64,000 bases of DNA from Paraspadella gotoi (Eukaryota > Animalia > Chaetognatha). Below the pieces are notes generated by a model. It was given only the letters and a program-made list of their open reading frames with translations, was not told the origin of the DNA and searched no databases. Where the stretch lies: the NCBI GenBank assembly GCA_051294375.1, contig CM119263.1, positions 3,858,940 to 3,922,939 of the forward strand. The letters run 5' to 3'. The position numbers were made by a program, and so were the translations under genes. How positions within the stretch are numbered: the first letter of the stretch is position 1; each line of letters begins with the position of its first letter. This document shows, piece by piece, positions 11,996-26,347 of the stretch.

Positions 11996-14900
11996 GAGAA
12001 GAGATCATGGTGGAACTATTGTAGTGGGAGGCAGCGAGTGAGGAAGAGAGAGAGAGAGAGAGAGAGAGAGATCATGGTGGTTTATGTTTGTCAACCTATC
12101 TTACGAACTTCAACTTTTTTCTTTCGTTTTCGTAGATTTTCATTTTTGTTTCTGTTCAAATGTTTTCTTTATATTTGAATAGAAAATAATTATATTTTTG
12201 TATTTTTTCATTTATAAAATGTTTTTAACGTTTGTTCTCCATTTTCGTTTTTGATCTATTATATGTTGATTTTTTAATTTGAATTTCGTTTCGTTTCCGT
12301 TTTTAGTCATAGAATTTTACGACCCAGCCCTTTTGATCACAGCGAGTCAAGCGCAAGCTTCAAAAAACCTTTGGCGATGCCAGCAGAAAATATCCTAAAA
12401 AAATGCAAAACATTTATCAATATTTTTTAAAAATATTCAACATCTATCAATATCAATAAATCAGTATCCATTGAATAAAAGTAAACATTAAATCAATTCA
12501 AATAACAAAATATTTATCAGTATCGAAATTCGAAACGGTTCACCGCGTCTCATCACGTTTTACTTATTTCAAATTCCACTAATTTTATCTTCCCATATTT
12601 CCATTACACAAGTTATTCCAAGTCATGCATGTCATCCGTACATTCAAATACAGAAAAAAAAAAGGAAAACCTCATTTAACTCTTTTTTTTAATGATAGTG
12701 AGAATAGTTCGTCATGTGTGCTTTACCGAAGAAATTGAAAATTGAAACTTAGTAGAAATATAATTTATTCATAATGAATTAGCACAGTACTTCGAAGTCT
12801 TTCTGTCTCTCTTAGGTGCAAACATAAAATGAAAAAAATTTTGTATCTATTAGGTTCACATAACTTGCTTCACAGAAATCTCTTCCCTCTCACTATTTTT
12901 AATCATATAAGTTTCTTCTTCTAAATTTCTATTGTCAGTTGGAAACCTGTTCCTTCTTGTTCTTAAGGCTTGACTACTTCTGCCCCCTGTGGTCAAACTT
13001 TTTTGTGTAGAAAAATTAGCAATAATGTTGTCCCCTATTGGATCAATTTTTTCTTCTGGTATGCAAAGACCGAACCTATTCTCTGCTATCAATTGAATCT
13101 AATATTGCCAGAATCATGACTCTGAAAATATATTTAACTTTTTTTTTTCTCTCTTTTAATTTGCTGAAACCAATATCGACGTCCAGCTGGATATAAAAAT
13201 CATCCCAACGATTTGATTTGATTTTTTCTTTCCAACAGAAACTCATTCCCAAGCGGCGACTCAACAACAGCAACTTCAACAGCAACTCCAAGAACAGCTA
13301 CAGCAGCAACAGCAGTCCTCGGCAACCGACGCTCTTTACCAACAGCGGCCGGGCAAATCGTCGCGTTAGGAACTCAGGTCAATTTAAAGTTAATAAATAT
13401 CAAATAAAATTGTTACAAGCAAAACAAAAAATTATTAAATTATTAGATAGGAAAAGTATTTTTTGGATTTTCTCAACGAAATTTTTAATGAAAAAAAAAA
13501 CCTCAGACATGTTTCGGTCTTAGTTTCAAACCTTCAGTGATGTTGATGTGATGTGTGATGTATGTGATGTGATGTGATGTTTCGTTGTGAAAACAAAAAA
13601 AACTTTTCCTTTCTAATTATTTAATGAAATTGGTACAACCAATATAAAAATTATCCATTCATTTAATAAATAAGCTATCTTGCCCTGACTTTGGACAGTA
13701 AGGCGTAGTGAAAGTTATATACGAAAATTCTAAAAGTCAATTATGAACAACATACCATCAGTGAACATTAATTTAAAAAAAAAAATTAATTATATGTTTT
13801 TTAATTTCGCAGTAGGCTATATTTATATATATAGTACTATCCTTATAAAATCGAAAAATTTCAAAATAGGCTTTTCTTAATTTTGATTGCAGATTTGAAT
13901 TCCTCGTCAAAAGTTAATAAAAGAAAATATAATAATTTATAAAAATTATTTCATTAAGTGGGTTAAAAATTTAAAAAACTATATTTAATATATAAAAATT
14001 AATTTTCAGCCTTAAAATATAGCTTTTTCTAATTTTGACCCACTTAATGAAGGAATTTTTCAAAAAGAGTTATATTTCTTTTTATCAACTTTTTATGACG
14101 AATCCAAATCTGCAAAAAAAATCTTAGAAAAAACTGATTTGAAATTTTAACATTTTGTGTAGGTTAGTACCAGTATAAATATGGCCTACTGCGTGAATTG
14201 TAAAATATATATATATTTTTTATTACATAAATGTTTATTAGTATAATGTTGTTCGTTCCTCATTTTTAGAATTTTTAATTAAAGTTAAATTTAGAAATTT
14301 TACTACGCCTTATTGGACAGGCTTTGGTGGTTTAAGGCCTCCATCACTCTTACAAGATAATTACATAGCAGTCCCCGCAAGCTTTCAATCAAGACTTCTC
14401 ACAGTCCTGTTTATTCACTCCCAGAGTACCTGGCTTCCCTATCAATGAAGTGGAAAATATTTCAAAGAATGTTTCAATTTGTATGAAAAAGACCACTCCC
14501 TCAATTATCAGATCGGTGGGAACACCTATTGTACTCCGCACCAGCATATAATAATTTTTGTTTTGCTTGAGCCCCAATTTGGACAGGCTAAGGGTAAAGG
14601 CTTCTTAAAAGATAATAACATGGCAAGAACTTTCAACCAAGACACTCTCAGTCTAGTTTATTAACTTTACGAATGCTTGGCTTCCCAATCAACTAAGCGA
14701 AACAATATTTTTCAAACTGTTTAAATTTGACCACAGCCTTGAATATTAGATCCAAAAATACTACTATATTGTAATCCGCACGAGCATAAAAATTCAAGGA
14801 ATTGACTTAAATTTATATTTAACCTGAGAGTTAAAAGCAAAACATTGTAATTTTTAAATTTGTAAATACAATGGCGCAGGTTTTGACGCAACAGAATGCA

Positions 14901-17900
14901 GCTTCGTTGATCGCGCAACAACAGGCTAATCGATCACAACAGCAACAACAGCAAACAGCAACAACAGCAACAACAGGTGTGATATTTTGTGATGTGATTT
15001 CCCTGCGATTGTGTTTTTCTTGTCAATTTATGACAATGGAAGAAAACAAAAACTGGCAAAGATTGGTAGAGCCTTGTAAAGATTGGCCAAGAATTTAAAA
15101 GAATGCTAGAAACAGTATTAAATTGATTATAATTAAGGAGAAAAGGACAACATGTGTAAAATATAGTTCGATTTAGAGGAGCGATATAGAGACGCACAAA
15201 AATGTGTGAAACTGTGTTTACGGAGATTGGCATGTGATAGTGGAGAGTAAAAAATGGATGGATATTGACTGTGAGTGTCTTTGTGAGAGAGACAGAAATT
15301 GTCACATTGTCATTTGACGAGAGCGTGAAGTGAAAGAGAGAGAGATAAGACCCATTGGCCGGCGACTCGTTCAAGGATTAAGCGACTCTCGTTACACTTT
15401 TTTTTTCTTTTTTTCTTTCTTTTTTTTCTTTTTTTTTTCTTTTTTTCTTTCTTTTTTTTCTTTCTTTTTTTTCCTTCTTTTTTTTCTTTCTTTTTCCTTT
15501 TATTCTTCGTTTTTTTTGGGCCGCCTCGTTTCTCTGTTTTCTTTTTTTCTTTCTTTTTTTTTTGCCCTTATTTCTGTTTTTGCTTTCCGGCCAGACTGTC
15601 AGTTCGGTGGTCTGTCTGTCCAAGAACTGAGGTCACGCATTCTCAGGAGTTTCTTTATCTTATTTCCATACTTCTTTTTGCATTTTTTTATCACCTTTCT
15701 TTCCTTCTTTTCTTTTTTTTTCCATCGGTTTCGCGTCAACCGTTAATCCTTTTTTTTTCTCCTTTTTTTTTATGCCTCCTCTCGATTTTTTCTTTTTTTA
15801 ATCTCTATTTTTTCTCACCTTTTATCTCTCATTTTCTATCCTCATTTTTGTCCCTTGTTTAGTTTTTCCTCATTCATTAATTTGTTTTTCTTTCTCGCTT
15901 ACTTTTCTAATTTTTAAACATTTTAATTTTGCATTATTTCTTTCAACTATACATACTTTTAGACTCTTTTACTATTTCCCTTCTTTTCCTATGAAAGTTG
16001 CAAAATTACCTGTTTCACTATTTTATTTTTTATTTTTAGATTTAAAATAATTAATATTTATGATTTTATTTATTGTGTTAAATTTTTTATGTTAAATATT
16101 TAAATATTATTATTTTTTTTCTGTTTGGAATGGGGACGTTAGTGTTGTCTTCTGGAAATAGAGGGTGCATCCAAAACACAAGGTTAGATTACTTTCTGTT
16201 CCAGTTTTCTAATAGAATATCGTACATCATTCCTGTTGGGAAATCATTAATGAGAAACTCATAATATCTACAAAAGGGGGGAATGGATAATTTATTTATT
16301 TTTGTATCTGGTATTGATATCTATTTATTGAACAAAGGAGAGGACCAGTTGACACACTCAATCCAATACATATTATTTTATTTTATTTTTTCACATTTCA
16401 CATTTTTTCACACTATTTCACATTACCGATTTTAATTCCTCGTCTTTTGTCTTTACTATTTTTAGTTATAAGTCACTTTTCGGACGGTCTGTCGGTCAGT
16501 CTGACTGTCGGTCAGTCAGTCGGTATGTCTTTCCGTCGGTCTATCCCACTTAGGTTAAAAATGCATATAATTTCCCTATAGTTCTTGATCATTTATTAAG
16601 ACAGAAATCTAGGTGACTGCTTGCGCCGCCTTCAGGAAATCCTAAAACTAAAAGGAATAAAAGACGGAATTTCGATGCAGTGCATGTCATAAATAGAATG
16701 GCTAAGAAAGTTTTTTAGTCATGTCATGTCATAAAGTCACCGCGGCACAACACATTGGAATCACCGTTATTGTTTTTCATAAAGTTAATATCCTCTGCCC
16801 TTTCTATTTGTCCTTCCTCAACACTCTCTGCTCTACCTCTCTCTCTCCTCCCCTCTTTCCTCCCATCTCCCTTCCCCTACTCCCCTTTCCCCTATTCCCT
16901 CCCTCCCCCCTCTTTCCTCCCATCTTCCCTTCCCCTTCTCCCCTCCCCTCTCCCTCCCCTCTTTCCTTCCCATCTCCCTTCCCCTCTCCCTCCCTCCCCC
17001 TCTTTCCTCCCATCTCCCTATCCCCATCTCCCTCCCATTCTCCCTTTCCCCTCTCCCTCCCTCCCCCTTCCTCCCACTCTCCCTTCCCCTCTCCCTCCCC
17101 CTCCCTCCCCTCTTTCCTCCCATCTCCCTTCCTCTCCCTCCCTCCCCCTCTTTCCTCCATCTTACATCTCCGCTTCCCATCTCCCCCTCCCACATATCTA
17201 CCCCTTCCCCTCCTCCCTCCTCCATCCCCCCCTACTTTCTCCCATCTCCCCTTCCCTCTCCCTCCCTCTCCCTGCCCCTCTTCCTGCCCATCCTCCCTTC
17301 CCCTCTTCCATATTTCCCCCTATTCCCTCCCGTCTCCCCCGCTTCGCCATCCTTTCCCTTCTCTCACTCCAGGTGGCGCTCGTCTCGTCCTTACCCGACG
17401 CGGCGTCACCGTCTCCAGCTGCGGCGTCGTCGGCGTCATCGGGGCGGCGTTCTCCGGGCAGCGTCACAATCCCCGCCGCCCACACGGTGACGCTTTCTCA
17501 CTCGCAGCTCGTGCAGGCTGTGGCGCAGGCGCAGGCTGCACAGGCTGCGGCAGCGGCGGCGGCGGCGGCTGCAGCGGCGGCGCAGGTGAATGTGGGGGAG
17601 GAACGGGATTAAAAGAATTAAGGGTGAGGCGTGGCAGAAAGAGAAGCGAAAAATGAGACAAAAAGGGGAAAAAATGAAAAGAAAATAAAAGAAAATACAA
17701 AGAATATGAAAGGAAAGAAAAGACATAGAATATGAAAGAAAAGAAGAGAAAAGACACAGAATATGAAAGGAAAAAAAAACCGAAAAGGAAAATGGAAATG
17801 CGAAAAAAAAAGAATTTCAATCAGTCGAAATTGTAAAAACAGGAATATATTTTTAAATAATAAAAACTAATTTTAATTTTTTTTTTTAATTATTTTAAGT

Positions 17901-20900
17901 ATTTTTATTTCGTTCATCTTAACGTTTCTTGCGTTTGTTCCGGATTTTTCGTTTGATTTAATTTTAATTTTAATTTTATTTAACTGTTTAAGTTATTTTT
18001 GTTTGATTTAATTTTCTGAACCCCACTCCTCATCCTCATCCTCCTCCTCATCCTCCTCCTCGTCCTCCTCGACCAACCAAAGACGCCGTCTCCCTCTTCG
18101 CCCCGGTGTCAATCGCCGACCCTGTCAGCGCCTCCGCCAACCATCTCAGCGCCTCCGCCAACCATCTCAGCACCGCCGCCAACACTCTCGGCGCCGTCGC
18201 AAACCCTCATCCCGATCGCTCCTGCAAAGACGCCGCCACGCCCACAAATCGCGTATCTCGTCGTTCGCGGCGCCAAATCGGAGTCGAACCGTGATGCGGG
18301 CGCCGCCGCCGCCTCCTCCCCCGGTCATAACAACAACAACAACAACAAAGGCGCCATCTTGATCGGCTCCGCTTCGTCGTCTTGGTCGGTCCCGATCGAT
18401 AGTCGTCGTAGTCGTCGTCGTCGTCGTCGTCGTCATTCTTATCTTTTTCCTCTTAGACATCGTCTCTCTTAGTCATCGTTGTCGTCATTTTTTTCTTCAT
18501 TCTCCCTCTAGACATCGTTGTCATCGTCCTCTTTGTCATCGTCATTTTTTTCTTCATTCTTCTTCGACACATCGTAGTCATCGTCCTCTTTGTCATTGTC
18601 ATCGTCGTGATCCTTCTGAGCCGTCCAATTTCCGCAAGTGACTCTTCGTTTCCCAAAATGACCTTGACATAGAGATGTTGACAATGAGATGTTGACATTG
18701 ACTTTGAGATGTTGATCTTGACATTGAGATGTTGACGTTTTGGTCTTTCATCAAACGGAAAGATGATTTTTTTTCCCCTTTTAATTGTCTTTTCTCGCCC
18801 AAAGCTTCTTTTTAGATCTTTCACTTTGGCGAGAAGTTATGGCGAGTTGTGACAAGTCGTTGTGGCAATTGTGACAAGTTATGACATGTTGTCACGAGTG
18901 GCGGCATTTTCATATCTCAGAGTTGAGACGTAACGTGTCCTTGACGATCAATATTGTCAATCAGTCTTTGACGATCAATATTTTTGTTTTGCTTTCCTCT
19001 CTCTCCCCCTCTTCTGTTTCTTTCCTGCTAATCAGTATTCTGCTCATTATAATTTTACATGAATCCGTCTCTTGATTATTCTAAACACTGGCTCCAGTGG
19101 CTCCTATGAAGCTCCTATAAAACTACATTTATCAATTTATCAATTTTATATGAATCTGTCTCTTGATTATTCTAAACACTAGCTCCAGTGGCTCCTATGA
19201 AGCTCCTACAAAACTACATTTATCAATTACTCTAAGTCTTTCGGTTTCCATACGAACTTATTCACTCTTCATTTGTTCCTACGTGATTTCGCTCCTTACC
19301 TTTTGCTCCTATTCACGATTCTCCTGCTCCTCATCCTCGACTCATTACCTCGACTCTTCCGCTCCTTATCTTCCGCTCCAACTCACTTACCTTCTCATTC
19401 CAGGCATCCCTCTCCCAACCGCCTCACTAACGATCACCCGCTCCCAAAATCGACGCCGGAATCGGAAGAACTCACCCGGCGCTTAGAGGGCGTGGCGATC
19501 GAAGCCGCTCAAAAGACGCCGCTTCCAATCAATACGGAAACGACGCCGCCTGACTCCGCGTGGCAACGGGCGCCATCGGAGGCGCCGGCGACTTGCGGCG
19601 CCCAATCGACTCTCGTCGTTAGAACAACCGATGGTCGAACGATGGAACTGAAATTGACCGGCGCCGCCGAGAACGGTTCCACCGGTTCCAATGACGGCGC
19701 CGCCGCCGCCAACGAAGCTCAACCGACAGAAAGCTTTTTCGAAATGAGTCTCCCGGCATTGCCTTCATCACCGACGCCGCTGAGGCCGTCTCCGGCGCCT
19801 GCAACGACCCAAGACCGACTGCAACGGCAAAATCAACAGCAGCAACAAGACCAACGGCATCTGCAGCATTTACAGCAACAGCAACTGCAACTTATACTGC
19901 AGAAGTCGCCACAGCAATTGAAGCCATCGCCGAGACGGCATGAAGTCCTAGTCAAAACAGACGTCGCTGCCGACGCAGATGCCGACGCAGATGCCAAAGC
20001 AGATGCCGACGCAGATGCAGGCGAGGAGGAAGGCATGGTCACGATTCCGCTTTCCCTCTTGAAGAGACTCGATCCTCGCTTTTACAATTTGGTCGTTGGC
20101 GGTAAAACCAAGACCGACAAATCTCATTCGACGTCGATGCCGACGACGCCGACAAAGACGACGACGCTGCCGCCACGCCCACTTCTTATTCCAGTGACGC
20201 CGACCTCGCCAGCCAAGACGAGTTCGACGCCGGGAACGCCGGTCAAGATGGTCAGGATCGTAGGCGGTCTATCGGGCGGCGGTCTATCAGGCGGCGCCGC
20301 GTCGGGCATCTTTCGCTTGGTCAAAGCTGAAGAGGAAGAGAGAGACGATCATAAGAAATCATCGTCAGCGGCAGAGGCTGCGGCGTTTGCAGGAGCTCTC
20401 TTCTCCCGATCGATGATAAGCTAATGATTAGCGCGAGAAAAAAAATGGGAATTCGTCCGGGACGGATTAATGGACCGGACGGATGGACAGACGGACGGAA
20501 AGAAGACGGACGGACGGACAAACGGACGACCCTAAGAACGCAACGCACTGACGTAAGAACGAAACGGACGACGGACCGGACGACGGACGGACGGAGTGGT
20601 GACAGGAAGACGAAACGAACGGAAATCGGACTGAGCGACGAAGGACGCAGAGGACGGACAAAGGGACAATCGGACACACGGAACACTTAAAGTAAAACGA
20701 CGTTTAACGTCGTAACACGCGTACATGCTTACTAATAAAATCATGTATGTAATAGTTATAAAAGAAGGCGGATTATTTTTACTGGGCTGTGAATAATTTG
20801 TGAGGCTGAGTGACGCTTTGCCACGAATGAGACGGTGAGGGTTGATCTGGTGAAAATGTGTTCGTCAATGTCAGTCCACTTTCTACATACAAACTAAATC

Positions 20901-23900
20901 ATGATTAAATGTTAAAAACTTTAAATGAGAGCGAAATGAAGTTGTAACGAACNNNNNNNNNNNNNNNNNNNNNNNNNGGGAGAGAGAGGGGGGCGGCAAG
21001 GGGGAGGGGAAGAAGAGAACGTCAGCCGTTTCTCATTAAAAACGCATTTGATCATCCATCATTGAAAGAAAGAAAAAAGGAAAAGAAAAGAAAAAAAAGA
21101 GAGAAAGAAATTAAGAAAAAAAAAGAAAATAACGCAAGAAACCTACATAAACTATTTAAAATAAACTATTTTAAAAAACTGAAAGGAAAAGTCAAAATGA
21201 ATTGGGGAAAGAGTGAAAGAAAAGGGAAATATGATTTTGGCCATGAAGGGGAAGGGCCGGGAGGAGGGCGCTAAAATCCTTCTTTTTTGTGCAACCAACA
21301 GAAAAAAGAGAAAGTGGACCGCGGGATTCGAACTCAAGACTTTTTGGGAATCTTTGTTCTCCTTTTGTTTTTATTGGTTTCACCCGTAGGAAGACGAGAA
21401 AGATTTGAGGCGAACCAAAACTTTAGACGGTGAAAAAAAATAATGTTCGTTGTGTGAATAACCGTATTTTCGAGTCACATCTTCTTAACAGTTTGAGGAA
21501 TCTTCTTGTGAAAAAAAAACAAAAACAAAAACATTTGTTGATGTTTAACTCGGAAAAAGATTTAAACAGCACTTTTTTTTTTGGCTACAGATAAATACAC
21601 CTTCTCTGAATTGGTTGTAAGAATTTATACGTAAATTTCTAATTTTTTCCACCACAGTTTTAACTAACTCTATCGATATTGATATTTGGCCGAAATATAT
21701 TTTCTTTATTGAAAATTAAAATTTATCTTTTGTTGTTCGGGGAGGGTTGAGAGGTTTTCCGTTGGTTATTGTCGTTGTTGCCAAAAGAAGAGGCTATTCT
21801 CGCGCTGCTCGCGTCGTCGTCGTCGTCGTATCCGGTGCGTCGTCGTCATCGTCGTCGATTTTGAAATCGTTTCTTCAATTCGTCAAATATCATATTTTAC
21901 GTCATTTCCATGATAGGTCATTGGTAGATGTGTCATAAGTAATGTAAGTTTGTGTAAGGTTTAACAAAGTTAAAACGTACACAGTCATTTTTGTCCTTTA
22001 AACATTAATATTATTCTCTTATTTAACCTGTAATGAGTTAATTTGAGCAGTTTTCTCTAGAAAAAGTCAATTTTTGTATTACTCTAATTACTTAAAATAG
22101 AATGCTACCTTTATGATAATAAGTGTCAGTTCTTATTGAAGTCTAGTATTGCTGTCCCTCAAGACCGTTATCGATGAATTAACAATCAAACAATCAATCA
22201 TCCGTCAATCGCGGTATTGCAGCGTCCCGTCACCAAATTCGTCCGTCGGACTTGATATTTTTTTCCGAGATTCGTATGTCGTCGTTGTTGTTGTGTGTTG
22301 GTTATCCTTATTCAGGACTTGAGTTCTTGATGGTGTTCTTCAACGCCTGTCGCCTGTTGCAAGACCAAACGCGAAACGACTTCGCGTCGTAGTTGAGTTT
22401 CTCCCGAAATGTCCGGTCTTTCCGCACTGAAAAAACAAAAAACAAAACAAAACAAAACAAAATGAAATATAATTAAAAAAGCCGTGAGGATGTTTCGGCT
22501 TTATTTTCCTACTTCGCACCAATTCATATAAATTATGAATTAAATATGTTTTAGGTTTGAAGATGGGTTACAGGTTAGGGTTCTAAGGGAATAAAATAAT
22601 AAGAAATTTAAAATAATGTAACATTCACAAAAGCGATGTCATGATAAAAACTAAAAACGATAAAGACTATTGCAGTTTTGCATAGCACTCACGTTTTTTG
22701 CCCCGGTTCCTTAAAAAAATTGAAGAAATTTTGGCGAAAATCAAAGTGATGGATGGTTAACTTCTGACTTTTGACGGACAATTTAGTCCAAAAGGAGCTA
22801 TTGTACAAAATATACTTCGATGGCTCTCATTTTTGTAGTATTGAAGAATTCAAATATTTTGTTTTCTTTATAATTATCGTTTTAATTTTGTTTTATTCGA
22901 ACCGATCAGACGACCGAAAGTGGCTTACCAGAGTTTTCTGCAGCGAGAACTCGGCAATAAAAGAATAATAAGAAAAAAATACTACGACGCATTATTATCC
23001 GTCTGGAAGGATAAAAAGAAAAAAAACCATAATGAATCAGTCGATATTCAAACTCGGACAAAATGAAATAAGAAAAAATATTACATAACGTCGCTTGTCA
23101 TTAAATAATACGTAATCGCCGGTTGATAAGTAACGGAATCTTAATCCGTCTAATAAATTAAAATATTAAAAAAGTTCTTTTTACCTAAAATTTTTTTCTA
23201 CGAAGATCTTAATATTTAAAACTCATACTAATACGTTACTGTATGTTTTTATAATTTTATACATAAAAGTTAAACTTTAAACTTTAACCTTACTTTCGCT
23301 TGATGAAGATTATATTTTTGATACATGTTACTTATCCTTAACCTAATTAGTGATCAACCCCCACAGTCCTTCACCACACCGATTAGTGATCATCACCCTC
23401 AACCCACCCTGATGGTGAGTGTTCACCATCGAAGGCCTCGTTGAGAATCTCCAGAGCCCTGAGGAGTAAAATGGAGGTTTGCGTCTCTTCTCTTTTTGTG
23501 GGCTCGCTGCGATGAAACTCGGAAAGGTTCTGCGCCCCGTGCTTATCTGAGGGGGGGGAATGGAATGAATTGGGAGAAGCAAGCAGTTTAGGCGCGATCA
23601 ATCAGAATATTGACCTCACGAAATCGTGTTGAAATATTGATGAGGCGTTCATTTTCTTTTTTCTTTCCTTCTCTCTCTCTCTCTCCTTCCATTTCTTGTT
23701 TTCTCTCCTTCCTCCTTTTCTTTCCTTCTCTTTGTCTTCTTTTCTTTCCTTCTCTCTCTCTTCGTTTCTTTCCTTCTCTCTCTCTTCTTTTCTTCCTACT
23801 TATTATCTTTCCTTCTTTTCTTTCCTTCTCTCTATCCTTCATTTCTCTGCTTTTCTTTTTGGTTTTCTCTTTTTCTTTTTTCCCCAGTTTTCTATTCTTC

Positions 23901-26307
23901 TTTCCTTCTTTTCTTTCCTTCTTTCTTTCCTTCTTTCTTTCCTTCTCTCTTTCTTCTTTTCTTCCCTACTTATTATCTTTCCTTCTTTTCTTTCTTCTCT
24001 CTATCTTCTTTTCTTTCCTTCTCTCTATCTTCTCTGTCTTCCGTACTTATTATATTTCTTCTTTCTTTCCTTCTCTCTATCCTTATTTCTCTGCTTTTCT
24101 TTTTGGTTTTTCTCTTTTCTTCTTTTCCCCATGTTCTCCATACTTCCTCTCCTTCTATTCTTTCCTTCTTTCTACCTTCTTTTCTTTCCTTCTTTCTCTC
24201 TTCTTTCCCACCTTTCTCAGCCTCCGCCATCCAAGCCTCCAACACAGGCTTTCATCTTCTGCGCGCTCTTCGGCGTGATATCGAGTTTTTCGAACCGACA
24301 GATGGCCGACTGGGAATAGGCGGGTCCCTCTGTCGCCGACAGCGCTTGTCCCACCTGAGCAGACAAAGGAAGAGGATGATTTGGGTTTAGGAAAAAGTGA
24401 AAACTTTTAACAAAAACATACGTCTCCACTGAATAAAACGTTTTTAATAACATACATAATACTTTGAAAGCAATTTAATAAAAGATAGCTAAAAAATGCT
24501 CTCCTCGGAGTATAGTGGTGAGTATCTTCGCCTTCACGCGAAAAGACCGGGGTTCGATTCCCCGCCGAGGAGAATGATATTGTATCTTAATTTTTATGTA
24601 AGGTATGAGTATAATTATACATAATTTATTCATTTTTATTTTGTTATGAAAGAAATAAAAGAAACTTGCTAACGTCGAGAGAACGAATTTCTATATATTT
24701 GCCTGTCTTGAATTATTATGTACTTGTAAAATTAAATTTAAATGATGACTCTAACAAAAGAACAAAAGACAAAACATGTGTCCTCGGTAGTATAGTGGTA
24801 AGTATCTTCGCTGTCACGCGAAAGACCGGGTTCGATTCCCCGCCGAGGAGAATGATATAGTTTGTTAATTTTATGTAAGGTATGGTATAATTATACATAT
24901 TTTATTCATTTTTTTTGTTATGAAAGAAATAAAGAAACTTGCTAACGTCGACAGACTTAAATTTCTATATATTTTGCCTGTCTTCAAAATTATTACGTAC
25001 TTGTAAAATAAATTTAAATGATGAACTCTAACAAAAAGAACAAAGAGACAAATATGTGTCCTCGGTAGTATAGTGGTAAGTATCTTCGCCTGTCACGCGA
25101 AAGACCGGGGTTCGATTCCCGCCGGGGAGATGAAAAGAATATAAACTATTTTTATCGATTGTTTAAAATATTTTTTTCGTGTTTATTTCCGGCTTGGTGA
25201 ATATTTTATACTTTTGCCTTAGTTTTCGAAGGAGTTTTTTCAGTTACTGTATTTTTTTTTTAGTTTTCTCTTTATAAATCATAAAAAATGTTTTGCTTGA
25301 AGAGACTTTCCGAGACTTAGCGTATTTGCCAAAAAATAAAAGTTTAAATATATGCGTCTCAGAAAATTAGCGTAGTAATTCATAGTTCGAGCGAAATGTC
25401 GAACGCTCATCTAATAATATACATAATAAAAATATGATAATAAATTATAATACGATATTATAAATTATTATATTATGTAATTTAATATATAAAAGAACCT
25501 ATTCTCTGACGCACGTTTCTTGTTTTGACCGAGTTTGAGTGAGACCGAGAGACAAGCGTCGGATCTTAAATTGTTTCGCGAATTCTCTTGATTTCATCCA
25601 AATTGATTCATCGACGCTAGAATCCTTCTGTGTTGCCCACGTGTCTGGACCAACAGGGCGGAAATGTTAAAAAAAAAAAAAAAAAAACCAAGTTCAATAT
25701 TCTGTCGGAAATTAACTTTCCGATGTATTTTATTCAGTACCGCATAGTCTTTTTTTTTAAATTTCCCGACTAATTCCAATAAAGTAATAATAGTTAATCA
25801 ACATTGTTCGAATATAAAAGTTTCTCCGTCGCCACTTGGAAAAAAGAATAAACTTTCACTTAGTCAACCATTCCAGTGAATGGGGCGATGAGGGGGGGGG
25901 GAATTTAGAGATAAAAGGTTTTTAATGCATAAAAAAAAAGATTCCGGTTCTGTCAACGACTGTCGCTCTTTGGTCCGAGTCACCCCGCGTTATCTCAATG
26001 CCCCCCCCCTTTTCTCCCTTTCATCTCTCTTCCTTTTCCTCCACATTCACAGTTCGACACATTTTTTTTTTCACGGTAAAGTATCATTTCCAGGAGTGAT
26101 ATTTTCCAGCATCCCGCCCCCTTCCATTCCAATCAATCAAAACCATCCGTCCTCATTACTCCGGAATCATTTGCGAAATGTTGGTGATGCTGGAGGCGTT
26201 GGCTGGAGGCGCTCCGACGCGGCAGCCACGGCAGCGCTGAGCGACAAGCTGCGCGGCCGTCGCCGGGTTTAACAACTGCGAGAGAGAGAGAGAGAGAGAG
26301 AGGAGAG

Positions 26308-26347
<40 letters not shown>

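Larger units (their letters stand above)
22308..26275 (-). pseudogene. Frameshifted inverted copy of the last five POU6 exons (likely not a real second gene)
   Basis: Exon copies near 26161-26275, 25530-25645, 24211-24353, 23409-23546 and 22308-22425, with indels that break the frame. Confidence 0.6.

Noticed and set aside
16721-17372. Long Pro/Ser-rich ORFs of 285-311 aa
   Set aside because: C/T low-complexity intron; only 17373-17585 has splice sites and a fitting phase.
20424-20690. 88-aa ORF after the alternative terminal exon
   Set aside because: GACG/GGAC-repeat 3' UTR-like sequence ahead of the AATAAA.
23610-24210. Phe/Leu/Ser-rich 'membrane protein' ORFs (also 15330-15746, 28920-29480, 32038-32490)
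   Set aside because: Pyrimidine-rich simple repeats.
22308-26275. Second, convergent POU6 paralogue
   Set aside because: Introns are as similar as exons, frames are broken by indels, and the block is gap-bounded; redundancy is the simpler explanation.
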